From: Patescibacteria group bacterium UBA2196
GTDB taxonomy: Bacteria; Patescibacteriota; Patescibacteriia; UBA2196
Assembly (NCBI GenBank): GCA_002328025.1
Contig: DCVE01000013.1
Location: forward strand, 42,579-106,578
DNA: 64,000 nucleotides
Reading direction: 5' to 3'
The notes under the pieces are model-generated. The model was not told the DNA's origin, searched no databases, and saw only the letters and a program-made list of their open reading frames with translations. Below are positions 56,269-64,000 of the stretch, one piece after another. Position numbers and translations under genes: made by a program. Each line of letters begins with the position of its first letter. Position 1 is the stretch's first letter.

Positions 56269-57357
56269 ATGAAAATTTTATTTGCTGGCGGCGGAACCAT
56301 GGGTTCGGTATCACCACTGCTGGCTATGGGTCAAAAAATTAAAACAGAACTTAATCAGCGCAATCAAGTTGCGGAATTTTTGTGGTTGGGAACCAAAAAC
56401 GGGCCCGAGAGGGAAGTGGTAGAAAAAAATAATATACGATTTTTGGTCATAGCGGCCGGCAAATTGCGACGTTATTTTGATTGGCGTAATGTGTTGGATG
56501 GTTTTAATATTTTTATGGCTATGTGGCAAAGTTTTTTTATTTTAATAAAATTTCGGCCGCAAGTTATTTTAACAGCTGGTTCTTTTGTGGCTGTGCCAGT
56601 GGCGGTGGTGGGTTGGATTTTGGGCATCCCAGTTTTTGTGCACCAGCAAGATGTTGAGTTTGGTTTGGCTAATAAAATTATGGCTTTTTTTGCCAAGAAA
56701 ATTACCGTGGCTTTGGAAAAATCTAGATGTGATTTTCCAGCTAGGAAAACATTTTTGGTTGGAAATCCTATTCGTCAATTTTCAAATAAATTTCAAATTT
56801 TAAATCTAAAATTTCAAAACACCTTGCCAACCATTTTAATTCTTGGTGGCGGAACCGGGGCTTTAGCTGTTAATGAACTGGTTTGGAATTCTTTAGAAGA
56901 ATTAACAAAATTTTGTAATATAATTCATGTAACTGGAAAATACAAAGCAATTAATAATGAGTCTGAAATTACCTGCCTTGCCGGTAGGCAGGTGAATTAT
57001 AAAGAAAATTATAAATCTTTTGAATTTTTAAATGAAGAAATGTTTGAAGTCATGCAAAATTCTGAACTGGTAATTTCTCGTGCTGGCATGGGTTTTTTAA
57101 CCGAGCTAGCATATTTTAGTAAGCCAACCATTATTATCCCGATGCCCAAGACGCACCAAGAAGCCAATGCAAAATATTTTGACGCTAAAAATGCGGGCGT
57201 ATATTTGCGACAGACAGAATTGACACCAAAAATTTTTGTGACGGAAATACACACTCTGTTAGATGATGAAAATAAGAAAAAAGATATGGGGAAAAATATG
57301 CATAATATTTTTATTGATTATAGTGGAGAAAAATTTTTGGCAGAAATTTTAAATTAA
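56269..57357 (+). CDS. murG: undecaprenyldiphospho-muramoylpentapeptide beta-N-acetylglucosaminyltransferase
   Basis: MKILFAGGGTMGSVSPLLA; GGGTGA C-terminal motif; GT28 architecture. Confidence 0.85.
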   Translation: MKILFAGGGTMGSVSPLLAMGQKIKTELNQRNQVAEFLWLGTKNGPEREVVEKNNIRFLVIAAGKLRRYFDWRNVLDGFNIFMAMWQSFFILIKFRPQVILTAGSFVAVPVAVVGWILGIPVFVHQQDVEFGLANKIMAFFAKKITVALEKSRCDFPARKTFLVGNPIRQFSNKFQILNLKFQNTLPTILILGGGTGALAVNELVWNSLEELTKFCNIIHVTGKYKAINNESEITCLAGRQVNYKENYKSFEFLNEEMFEVMQNSELVISRAGMGFLTELAYFSKPTIIIPMPKTHQEANAKYFDAKNAGVYLRQTELTPKIFVTEIHTLLDDENKKKDMGKNMHNIFIDYSGEKFLAEILN

Positions 57358-57361
57358 AATT

Positions 57362-58792
57362 ATGTTAGAACAAGAATTACTTAAAAAATTATTCCAACAA
57401 CATTTTAATGAAGAAGCCTTGGAAATAAAAGCTCTAAAAGGCGATGGCTCGGATCGCACTGTTTATCGTCTAACCAGTCAAAATAATACAGCCATTGGTG
57501 TGCATGGTAAAAATCGTAAAGAAAACGAAGCTTTTATTTCTTTTTCCAAAACACTGGCCGCACAAAAAATAAATGTGCCAGAAATTTATCTTTCAGATTT
57601 AGATCAGCATGTTTATTTAGAAGAAGATTTGGGTGATGAACTTTTGTTTACTTGGTTGGATAAAATTAGAAAAGAACAAAACAGTTTTAGTCCAGAGATA
57701 ATTGAAATGTATAAAAAGGTTTTAACGATTTTACCAACCATGCAAGCTGTGGCTGGACAAAAAATCAATTATGGATTGTGTTATCAGCACATAGAATTTG
57801 CGCACGAATCCATGTTGTGGGATATGCATTATTTTAAGTGGAATTTTTTAAATTTATTTTATAAAGATAATATTGATAATGAATTGTTGGAAAAAGATTT
57901 TAATGCTTTGGCCGATGTTTTAATACAGGAAGACAGAAATTTTTTTATGTACCGTGATTTTCAGTCAAGAAATATCATGCTAAAAAATAACGAACCATAT
58001 TTTATAGATTATCAATCTGGCCGGCGTGGCGCTTTGCAATATGATTTAGCCTCTTTGTTGTATGATGCCAAAGCTAAAATTCCACAAGAAACCAGAGAGG
58101 AGTTGTTAAATTTTTATTTGGGCGAGGTTAATAAGATCATCAAAGTTGAACCCGAAAGATTTAAAAAATATTTTTATGGTTTTGTCTTAATTCGTATTAT
58201 GCAGGCTTTGGGCGCGTATGGTTTTTTAGGTATTGTTAAAAATAAACCAAATTTTTTAAGCAGTATTCCTTTGGCCATTGAAAATTTAAAAACTATACAA
58301 AAACAGTGTTCTTTTTTGGCCGATTTACCCAGTCTAAATAAAATTATTAGTAGATTGTGTGAAATAGATAGTTGGCAAGAAAGCATGCCAGAAAATAAAA
58401 AATTAACTGTAAAGATATTTAGTTTTGGTTTTAAATATCCAGAACGCCCATTGGACGAAGCGGGTAATGGTGGGGGATTTGTTTTTGATTGTCGTGGTTT
58501 GGCCAACCCTTTTTGGGAAGAAAAATTAAAAAAATTAAGCGGTTTGGATGATGATATTAAGATTTTTTTAGATAGCAAAGAAAGAGTGCGGAATTTTTTA
58601 TTGCATGTTTACGAGTTGATAGATTTAACGATTTTAAGCTATCAAACCAAAGGTTACACAGATTTAATGGTTTCTTTTGGTTGCACTGGTGGTTTGCATC
58701 GTTCGGTTTATTGTGCAGAAAGATTAGCTGAGCATTTAAAAAACAAGGGTATTAAAGTTAGCGTAGAACATTTAGCTTTAAAAAATTTATGA
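57362..58792 (+). CDS. APH-fold sugar kinase (AmgK-like) fused to a RapZ C-terminal-like domain
   Basis: kinase motifs YRDFQSRNIML / IDYQ; C-terminal ~140 aa aligns by eye with the RapZ CTD (FSFGFKYP...FVFDCRGLANPFW...FGCTGGLHRSVY vs RapZ ESFGFKHGIP...YVFDVRFLPNPHW...IGCTGGKHRSVY). Confidence 0.6.
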   Translation: MLEQELLKKLFQQHFNEEALEIKALKGDGSDRTVYRLTSQNNTAIGVHGKNRKENEAFISFSKTLAAQKINVPEIYLSDLDQHVYLEEDLGDELLFTWLDKIRKEQNSFSPEIIEMYKKVLTILPTMQAVAGQKINYGLCYQHIEFAHESMLWDMHYFKWNFLNLFYKDNIDNELLEKDFNALADVLIQEDRNFFMYRDFQSRNIMLKNNEPYFIDYQSGRRGALQYDLASLLYDAKAKIPQETREELLNFYLGEVNKIIKVEPERFKKYFYGFVLIRIMQALGAYGFLGIVKNKPNFLSSIPLAIENLKTIQKQCSFLADLPSLNKIISRLCEIDSWQESMPENKKLTVKIFSFGFKYPERPLDEAGNGGGFVFDCRGLANPFWEEKLKKLSGLDDDIKIFLDSKERVRNFLLHVYELIDLTILSYQTKGYTDLMVSFGCTGGLHRSVYCAERLAEHLKNKGIKVSVEHLALKNL

Positions 58793-59526
58793 AAGCTTTG
58801 ATTTTGGCTGCCGGTTTCGGTACTCGGCTTAGACCTTTGACCGACACGATACCCAAGCCTTTGGTTCAAATTGGTTCTCTAACTTTTTTAGAGAGAGCGA
58901 TTAATTATTTAAAAAATTTTGGTGTTCAAGAAATAGCCATCAACAGTCATTATTTGGCTGAAAAATTGGAAAATTTTATTAAACAAAAAAAAGATTGGGG
59001 CGTGCCAATAAAAATATTTTTTGAACCAGAAATATCGGGTGTTGGTGGTGCTATAAAAAATGCAGCCAATTTTTTAAAAGATTCTGATCCTTTCATTGTT
59101 TTTAATGCTGATATTTTGACAGATATTGATTTAAATTTAGCTTTCAATTTTTTTAAAAAAAGTCAAAGTTTGGCAACTTTATTAGTTAATAATAGAAAAA
59201 CACAAAGACCTCTTTTGGTTGATAAAAATAATTATTTGGTGGGGCATTTGGATAAAACAACAAAGGTTCAAAAATTGGCCGTGACTAATTACGAAAAACC
59301 TTTAAAGGAAGTTGGTTTTACAGGTATACATATTGTTTCGCCAAAAATTTTTGATTTAATGCCCAAAAGCGCTAAATTTAGCGTAGTGGATTTTTATTTA
59401 GATTTGGTTATCCAGGCACATTTAATTAATGTTTTAGAATTTAATGAGGCTTATTGGCAAGATGTGGGAACTTTTGAGCGTTTAAAACAGACAGAAGCAG
59501 ACATCAGAAGTGGTAAAATAAAATAA
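58789..59526 (+). CDS. sugar-1-phosphate nucleotidyltransferase (MurU-like)
   Basis: MKALILAAGFGTRLRPLT nucleotidyltransferase motif; overlaps the upstream kinase gene by 4 nt. Confidence 0.7.
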   Translation: MKALILAAGFGTRLRPLTDTIPKPLVQIGSLTFLERAINYLKNFGVQEIAINSHYLAEKLENFIKQKKDWGVPIKIFFEPEISGVGGAIKNAANFLKDSDPFIVFNADILTDIDLNLAFNFFKKSQSLATLLVNNRKTQRPLLVDKNNYLVGHLDKTTKVQKLAVTNYEKPLKEVGFTGIHIVSPKIFDLMPKSAKFSVVDFYLDLVIQAHLINVLEFNEAYWQDVGTFERLKQTEADIRSGKIK

Positions 59527-59559
59527 TTTATTTAATCCAGTGATTAATAAAAAAGATAA

Positions 59560-59592
59560 TTCTCGGTGCTTTTTAGCACAGAGTTTTTAGTT
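59560..59592 (+). terminator. weak intrinsic terminator
   Basis: CTCGGTGC-TTTTTA-GCACAGAG followed by T5; then TTGACT-17-TAAGAT promoter for mreB. Confidence 0.35.
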
Positions 59593-59654
59593 GGTCGTAT
59601 TTTTGACTTAATCGGGCATAATTGGTAAGATTGAGTTGATTTTAAGTAGTTTTT

Positions 59655-60662
59655 ATGTTTATAAAAAAGATTGCCATTGACTTGGGTACAACTTACACCT
59701 TAGTTTTTTTACCTGGCAAGGGCATTATTATTAATGAACCTTCGGTGGTGGCTTATAGCACCAGTGATAAAAAAGTTTTGGCAGTTGGTGATGAAGCTAA
59801 AGAAATGTTGGGACGCACTCCTGATACTATTATGGCTGCGCGACCGTTAAAGGATGGTGTAATTGCTGATTATAAAACCACGGAAGCCATGTTAAGATAT
59901 TTTATTAACAAAGCGCTGGGTGGTGTGCGTTTATTTCGACCAGAAGTGATGGTGGCGGTACCGGCCGGCATTACATCCACCGAAAAAAGGGCTGTAGTTG
60001 ACGCTACGCTGTCGGCAGGCGCAAAAGCGGCTTATATTATAAAAGAACCGATTGCGGCCGCTATTGGGGCCAATGTGCCGATTGGTTCAGCTTCTGGACA
60101 CATGATTGTGGATATGGGTGGTGGAACCTCAGAAGTGGCAGTTATTTCTCTGGGTGGTATTGTGGCCAACACTTCGGTGCGTATTGGTGGTAATAAAATT
60201 GACGCGGCTATTCAAGAATTTATTCGACGCAAATATAATTTGGCAATTGGTGAGCGCACAGCTGAAGACATAAAAATTCAAGTTGGTTCAGCATTATTTT
60301 TGGATAAACCTTTAAAAATGGAAGCCAAGGGCCGTGACATGATTTCGGGTTTACCGCGCATGATAGAAGTTACATCCAATGATGTGACCGAAGCAGTGCA
60401 AGATGAATTGATTGGTATTGTGGGCGCGGTCAAAGACGTTTTGTATAAAACTCCACCTGAACTTTCGGCTGATGTGATGGACAAGGGCATGGTGCTTTCT
60501 GGTGGCACATCACTTTTAAGAAATATGGATAAACTGTTGTCTCAAGCTACAGGTATTCCGGCTTATAATGCCGAAGATGGATTGTTGTGCGTGGCCAAGG
60601 GAACTGGCATTGCTTTAGATAATTTGGAGGCTTATAAACGTAGTATTTTGGCAACCAAATAA
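59655..60662 (+). CDS. mreB: rod shape-determining protein MreB
   Basis: IDLGTTYTLV, DMGGGTSEVAV actin-fold motifs. Confidence 0.9.
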   Translation: MFIKKIAIDLGTTYTLVFLPGKGIIINEPSVVAYSTSDKKVLAVGDEAKEMLGRTPDTIMAARPLKDGVIADYKTTEAMLRYFINKALGGVRLFRPEVMVAVPAGITSTEKRAVVDATLSAGAKAAYIIKEPIAAAIGANVPIGSASGHMIVDMGGGTSEVAVISLGGIVANTSVRIGGNKIDAAIQEFIRRKYNLAIGERTAEDIKIQVGSALFLDKPLKMEAKGRDMISGLPRMIEVTSNDVTEAVQDELIGIVGAVKDVLYKTPPELSADVMDKGMVLSGGTSLLRNMDKLLSQATGIPAYNAEDGLLCVAKGTGIALDNLEAYKRSILATK

Positions 60663-60670
60663 AACTATTT

Positions 60671-61768
60671 ATGAAAATTTTAATTGTCCATGATCGTTTT
60701 ATGTTTCGCGGTGGTGCCGAACGTTTAGTTTTGATTATGGCTAAAGCTTTGCAGGCTGATTTGATGACTGAATTTTGGATAGACGGCGAAACATTTGAAC
60801 GGGCTGAAGCGCCCGGTAAGCTGTTTGTTTTGGATAAAGGTAATCCAGCTTATGAGGTTTTACGATATTTTCGTGCACAATTTAATTTTTTATTTAAGAC
60901 CAGAAAAATTGTTCGTCGGTATGACGTGGTGATTTTTTCTGGTAATAATTGTTTGATTGCAAATTGGCATTTAAAAAGAAATCAAAAAAGATTTATTTAT
61001 TGCCATTCGCCAGTCAGACATGTTTTTGATTTGTATAAAAAATTTCGTGCTCAAAGGCCGGAACTGTGGAAAAAAATTATTTATTATGACATTGGCGCCT
61101 GGGGTATCCGATTAATTTATTGGTTTAATTTAATGTCTTTTAAAAAAGTTATTGCTAATTCAAAAAATACTCAGGCGCGTCTGTGGAAATATTGCCGAAA
61201 AAAATCTGAGGTTATTTGGCCGCCCATTCAAACTAACAAATTCAAATGGATTTCCTGTGGCGATTATTATTTATCTTTTGCGCGAGTTGATAAATTAAAA
61301 AGAGTGGGGGACATTGTTAAAGCTTTTCAAAAAATGCCAAATAAAAAATTGGTTGTTTGCTCAGCTGGCGATGATTTTGAAAATGTAAAAAGTTTAGCTA
61401 GAGGTTTTAATAATATTGAAATTAGGGGCTGGCAAAGCGACGAAGAACTTAGGTTGCTCATTGGTAATTGTATTGCCACGCTTTATATTCCTATTGATGA
61501 AGATTTTGGTATGACGCCTTTGGAGGCGATGTCGGCCGGCAAACCTTGCATCGGAGTTTTTGATGGGGGATTAAAGGAAACCATTGTTGATGAAAAAACC
61601 GGTAAGTTTATAACGGCAGATTATATACTTGATGATATTATTAAAGTTGTAGAATGGCTATCACCAGAGCAAGCTTTAAAAATGCGTGCGAATTGTGAAA
61701 CTCAAGCTGAAAAGTTTAGCGAAGATAAATTTATAGACAAGATACAAAAAGTAATTAGTGAATTATAA
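60671..61768 (+). CDS. glycosyltransferase family 1
   Basis: EDFGMTPLEAMSAGKPCIGV motif. Confidence 0.75.
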   Translation: MKILIVHDRFMFRGGAERLVLIMAKALQADLMTEFWIDGETFERAEAPGKLFVLDKGNPAYEVLRYFRAQFNFLFKTRKIVRRYDVVIFSGNNCLIANWHLKRNQKRFIYCHSPVRHVFDLYKKFRAQRPELWKKIIYYDIGAWGIRLIYWFNLMSFKKVIANSKNTQARLWKYCRKKSEVIWPPIQTNKFKWISCGDYYLSFARVDKLKRVGDIVKAFQKMPNKKLVVCSAGDDFENVKSLARGFNNIEIRGWQSDEELRLLIGNCIATLYIPIDEDFGMTPLEAMSAGKPCIGVFDGGLKETIVDEKTGKFITADYILDDIIKVVEWLSPEQALKMRANCETQAEKFSEDKFIDKIQKVISEL

Positions 61769-61905
61769 ACTTATAATTGGTAATTATCGTATTGGCATCA
61801 TCCAAAGTTACGATAGCAATTTGGGCGGAGGCTTTTTAAAAAAGCCGTAACCAGATATGCGCTGTTATCTGGTGTTTTATTTTTAAATTTCCCCCCTTCC
61901 TTATT

Positions 61906-62569
61906 TTATTTTATCAACAGCATCGTATTGAATCTGTAATGGTTTATTTTATCCTCTAACACTCCGGCTCTTTGGTCGACTAGTTTCAAAGGTTTCAATA
62001 CGGATTTAAGTTCAAACATGGAGTATGCTTTTGAATAATGCCCGTTTTGAATCTTATATTTCTTGCCCTTAAAGAGACCTGGTAGCGATTCATCAAATTC
62101 AGAAAAAATGGTATACCCCATGGCTTTTAATAGCACCCTTTACATTTTCCAAATAAGTCTTTTTATATTGACTTCTGATGTGATCCAAAACGCTCCAATC
62201 AATAACGATATCGAAAGCCCCTAGGTCTTTTAAAATATTTTTTACCGTGAGATCGGCAATTTTCAAATGCACTTTTTTGTCACCCCTGAATCTTTTTCGA
62301 CAAAGTTTTATGGCCTCTTTGGAAAAATCAACCCCCCAAACTTCAAATCCGAGTTTGCGAAAATATTCCATATGTCTTCCGTCGCCGCATCCGACATCCA
62401 AAATCCTCTTGGCAGAAGTATTTTTTGCTAGCTTATTTTTCTTGACAATATCAACCACGGATCTGCTCGGCGCGTATTCCCAGCTAAATTTTCGCTCGCG
62501 CCGTTTCTCATTGTTCGAAAAAGCTTTTCTGTAAAATGCCAGCTCATTTATTAAATGTTCCTTTTTCAT
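61906..62569 (-). pseudogene. class I SAM-dependent methyltransferase, frameshifted at a C4/G4 run (~62119-62122)
   Basis: ILDVGCGDGRHMEYF SAM motif in ORF 62099-62569; MTase C-terminus (..YTIFSEFDESLPGLF..) continues in ORF 61906-62136 in another frame. Confidence 0.55.
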
Positions 62570-62772
62570 TTTTTGTAAAAAATATTTTAATAAATAGAAA
62601 AAAAGGGGGGGATTTAAAAATATAATTTTACTTAATGGCGGAGACTATGGGAAGTTTGGTGGCGGTATAATTTGCGTCCAAGCACTCACCGCCAACAAAT
62701 TTGGGTGAATGACTGAGCGAAGCGAAGGAGTGAACTTCATGGTTTCTGTTAGCTGATGTTGGGCTGTTTTTT

Positions 62773-63387
62773 TTAATTAAGCTTTAATGTTGGTTCAACA
62801 ACATCTCTTATTTCTTGGCATCCAATTGCTTTGCCCGAGCCATCATCAAAGCCACTCCCGCAAGAATTTACAAAGAGGAGCCAACGGCTATTAAGCTTTG
62901 TTGGGTAGGCGTCTCCGCCTGCAGCGCAAATGTCAAAATCTTTCTTGAATTGGTCGAGTGAAGTGTATTCAGCTTTGTTGGGCAGAAGCGTTACGACAAA
63001 AGTGTCAGATTCTTGACTTGCACCAGTGTACTTGAAGTTATAGACGGTTTTGGTTGCACCGCTGAATTTTGAAACCAAGCTGTTAAAATAACTTGCCGTC
63101 CGTTCATTACCACATTCTTGAGCCATTGAAACCAGTTGGTCAGCGGTGTAACCAAATGGTGCTGTTGTTTTGGAAACAGAAGCGGAGACGCCACTTGTTG
63201 AATAAGCGAGAGGTTCCTTTGGATCCTCTTTGTCTGCAGTTGTTGTCTTGGTTGTGTCAGTTGTTATATTAGCGACTTCTTCTTGAATAACCTTGTTTTG
63301 TTGCCACCAATAAATTCCACCACCGACAACAACTGCGGTGACGAGGATGGCGAGGGCGATTGCCCACACATTGCTTTTTGATTCCAT
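62773..63387 (-). CDS. membrane-anchored Cys-containing extracellular protein (hypothetical)
   Basis: N-terminal TM anchor; Thr/Lys-rich linker; 6 Cys; GC ~45%. Confidence 0.5.
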   Translation of the reverse strand: MESKSNVWAIALAILVTAVVVGGGIYWWQQNKVIQEEVANITTDTTKTTTADKEDPKEPLAYSTSGVSASVSKTTAPFGYTADQLVSMAQECGNERTASYFNSLVSKFSGATKTVYNFKYTGASQESDTFVVTLLPNKAEYTSLDQFKKDFDICAAGGDAYPTKLNSRWLLFVNSCGSGFDDGSGKAIGCQEIRDVVEPTLKLN

Positions 63388-63737
63388 AGTGATTTGGGTT
63401 AATTAGTAAATAAATTATATGTTAAGTGTTTGGATAAAAACAGCCCAATTTCCGCACAACGTTTGCTTGTATGCGATGTTTTGCACCGATTCAAGCGGTA
63501 ATTACTTTCAGTTTAGCAGATTTGTTTTTAGATTTGAAGACTTTGTATTATCGCCATTCAGAGGTGCAAAATATGGGTGGAGTAAAAATGACATTCCATA
63601 AAATTACAAAGAGTCATTTTTACGGAACCGCATACAAGCTGTTAAACGATGTAATTAAAAATCAATTCCTTATTATTCTTTTGCCAAGACACTTTTTTGG
63701 TTTTTCAAATGTAATGAATTTTATTTTTTTCGTTTTT

Positions 63738-63780
63738 GGCTTTCGACAAGAGGGGATTAAGGGGTGAATTGTCGAAAGCC
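63738..63780. repeat. perfect 12-bp inverted repeat GGCTTTCGACAA...TTGTCGAAAGCC with 19-nt G-rich loop
   Basis: seen directly; lies between a partial minus-strand gene and the next minus gene; no adjacent U-run in either orientation. Confidence 0.4.
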
Positions 63781-63791
63781 AAAAACACCTT

Positions 63792-64000
63792 TTATTCTTC
63801 AAGTAATCTGTTTATTGTTTTTGGCCATTCCGCTAATGATTTATCTGTTAGTAAAGCAATTAATTCTTGACTGTCCATTTTTCTTTTTTTGCGAAACAAC
63901 CTAAAACTCTCAACAGCATTCGATATTATTTTCTTATACTTATTCTCAAAAAGTTCTCTAAGTGTATTTTGATATAATTCATCATCTTTCTTTGGTTCAA
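63792..64000 (-). CDS. partial CDS (C-terminal end; continues beyond window edge)
   Basis: open minus-strand frame from the window end to stop at 63792-63794 (...MDSQELIALLTDKSLAEWPKTINRLLEE*); not in the ORF track because it is incomplete. Confidence 0.4.
   Translation of the reverse strand, partial: EPKKDDELYQNTLRELFENKYKKIISNAVESFRLFRKKRKMDSQELIALLTDKSLAEWPKTINRLLEE

Noticed and set aside
63419-63767. Two overlapping + strand ORFs (60 and 98 aa)
   Set aside because: Low-complexity Phe/Leu-rich translations of an AT-rich intergenic/promoter region between minus-strand genes; no RBS or motifs.
1-64000. CRISPR array / cas genes / transposases / integrases
   Set aside because: Scanned for regularly spaced direct repeats and for DDE, tyrosine or serine recombinase signatures; none found. 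The repeat families present are short palindromic insertions, not CRISPR repeats.

Overview
AT-rich (~30% GC) bacterial chromosome segment, almost entirely + strand and densely packed. Gene content and synteny resemble a reduced-genome Patescibacteria/CPR-like organism: short AlaS, rpoA without alpha-CTD, short ribosomal proteins, many glycosyltransferases, an [FeFe] hydrogenase and only the lower half of glycolysis. In order along the window: (i) a surface-glycosylation cluster (GT1, GT2, GT-C membrane glycosyltransferases, polyprenyl-phosphate sugar phosphotransferase) with RNase P RNA (rnpB) embedded; (ii) HIT protein, Ctp protease, rplI, pyrG, rpmA, an Fe-S assembly set (nifU/iscU, nfu, iscS); (iii) an orphan histidine kinase, a NuoF-like plus HydA [FeFe] hydrogenase pair, pgk-eno-gpmI-gpmI; (iv) fpg, a PAP2 phosphatase and a partial dcw cluster (mraZ-rsmH-ftsL-ftsI-murF); (v) alaS and the infA-rpmJ-rpsM-rpsK-rpsD-rpoA-rplQ-rplM-rpsI operon; (vi) a GC-rich (~45-50%) island that looks foreign; (vii) a second glycosylation block (Wzx flippase, GT1, GT2), a candidate GC-rich ncRNA, tRNA-Glu, a permease, a PolB-like exonuclease, murG, an AmgK-like kinase fused to a RapZ C-terminal domain, a MurU-like nucleotidyltransferase, mreB, GT1; (viii) a second GC-richer block with a frameshifted methyltransferase. 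The main hunt results are two families of short GC-rich palindromic/terminal-inverted-repeat elements sitting in-frame inside conserved genes (hydA, alaS, a GT1 gene, iscS, and the nifU 3' end), a G7 homopolymer frameshift inside the foreign island, an unassigned promoter-to-terminator ~370-nt GC-rich RNA candidate, and the kinase-RapZ-CTD fusion. No CRISPR array, transposase or integrase was seen.
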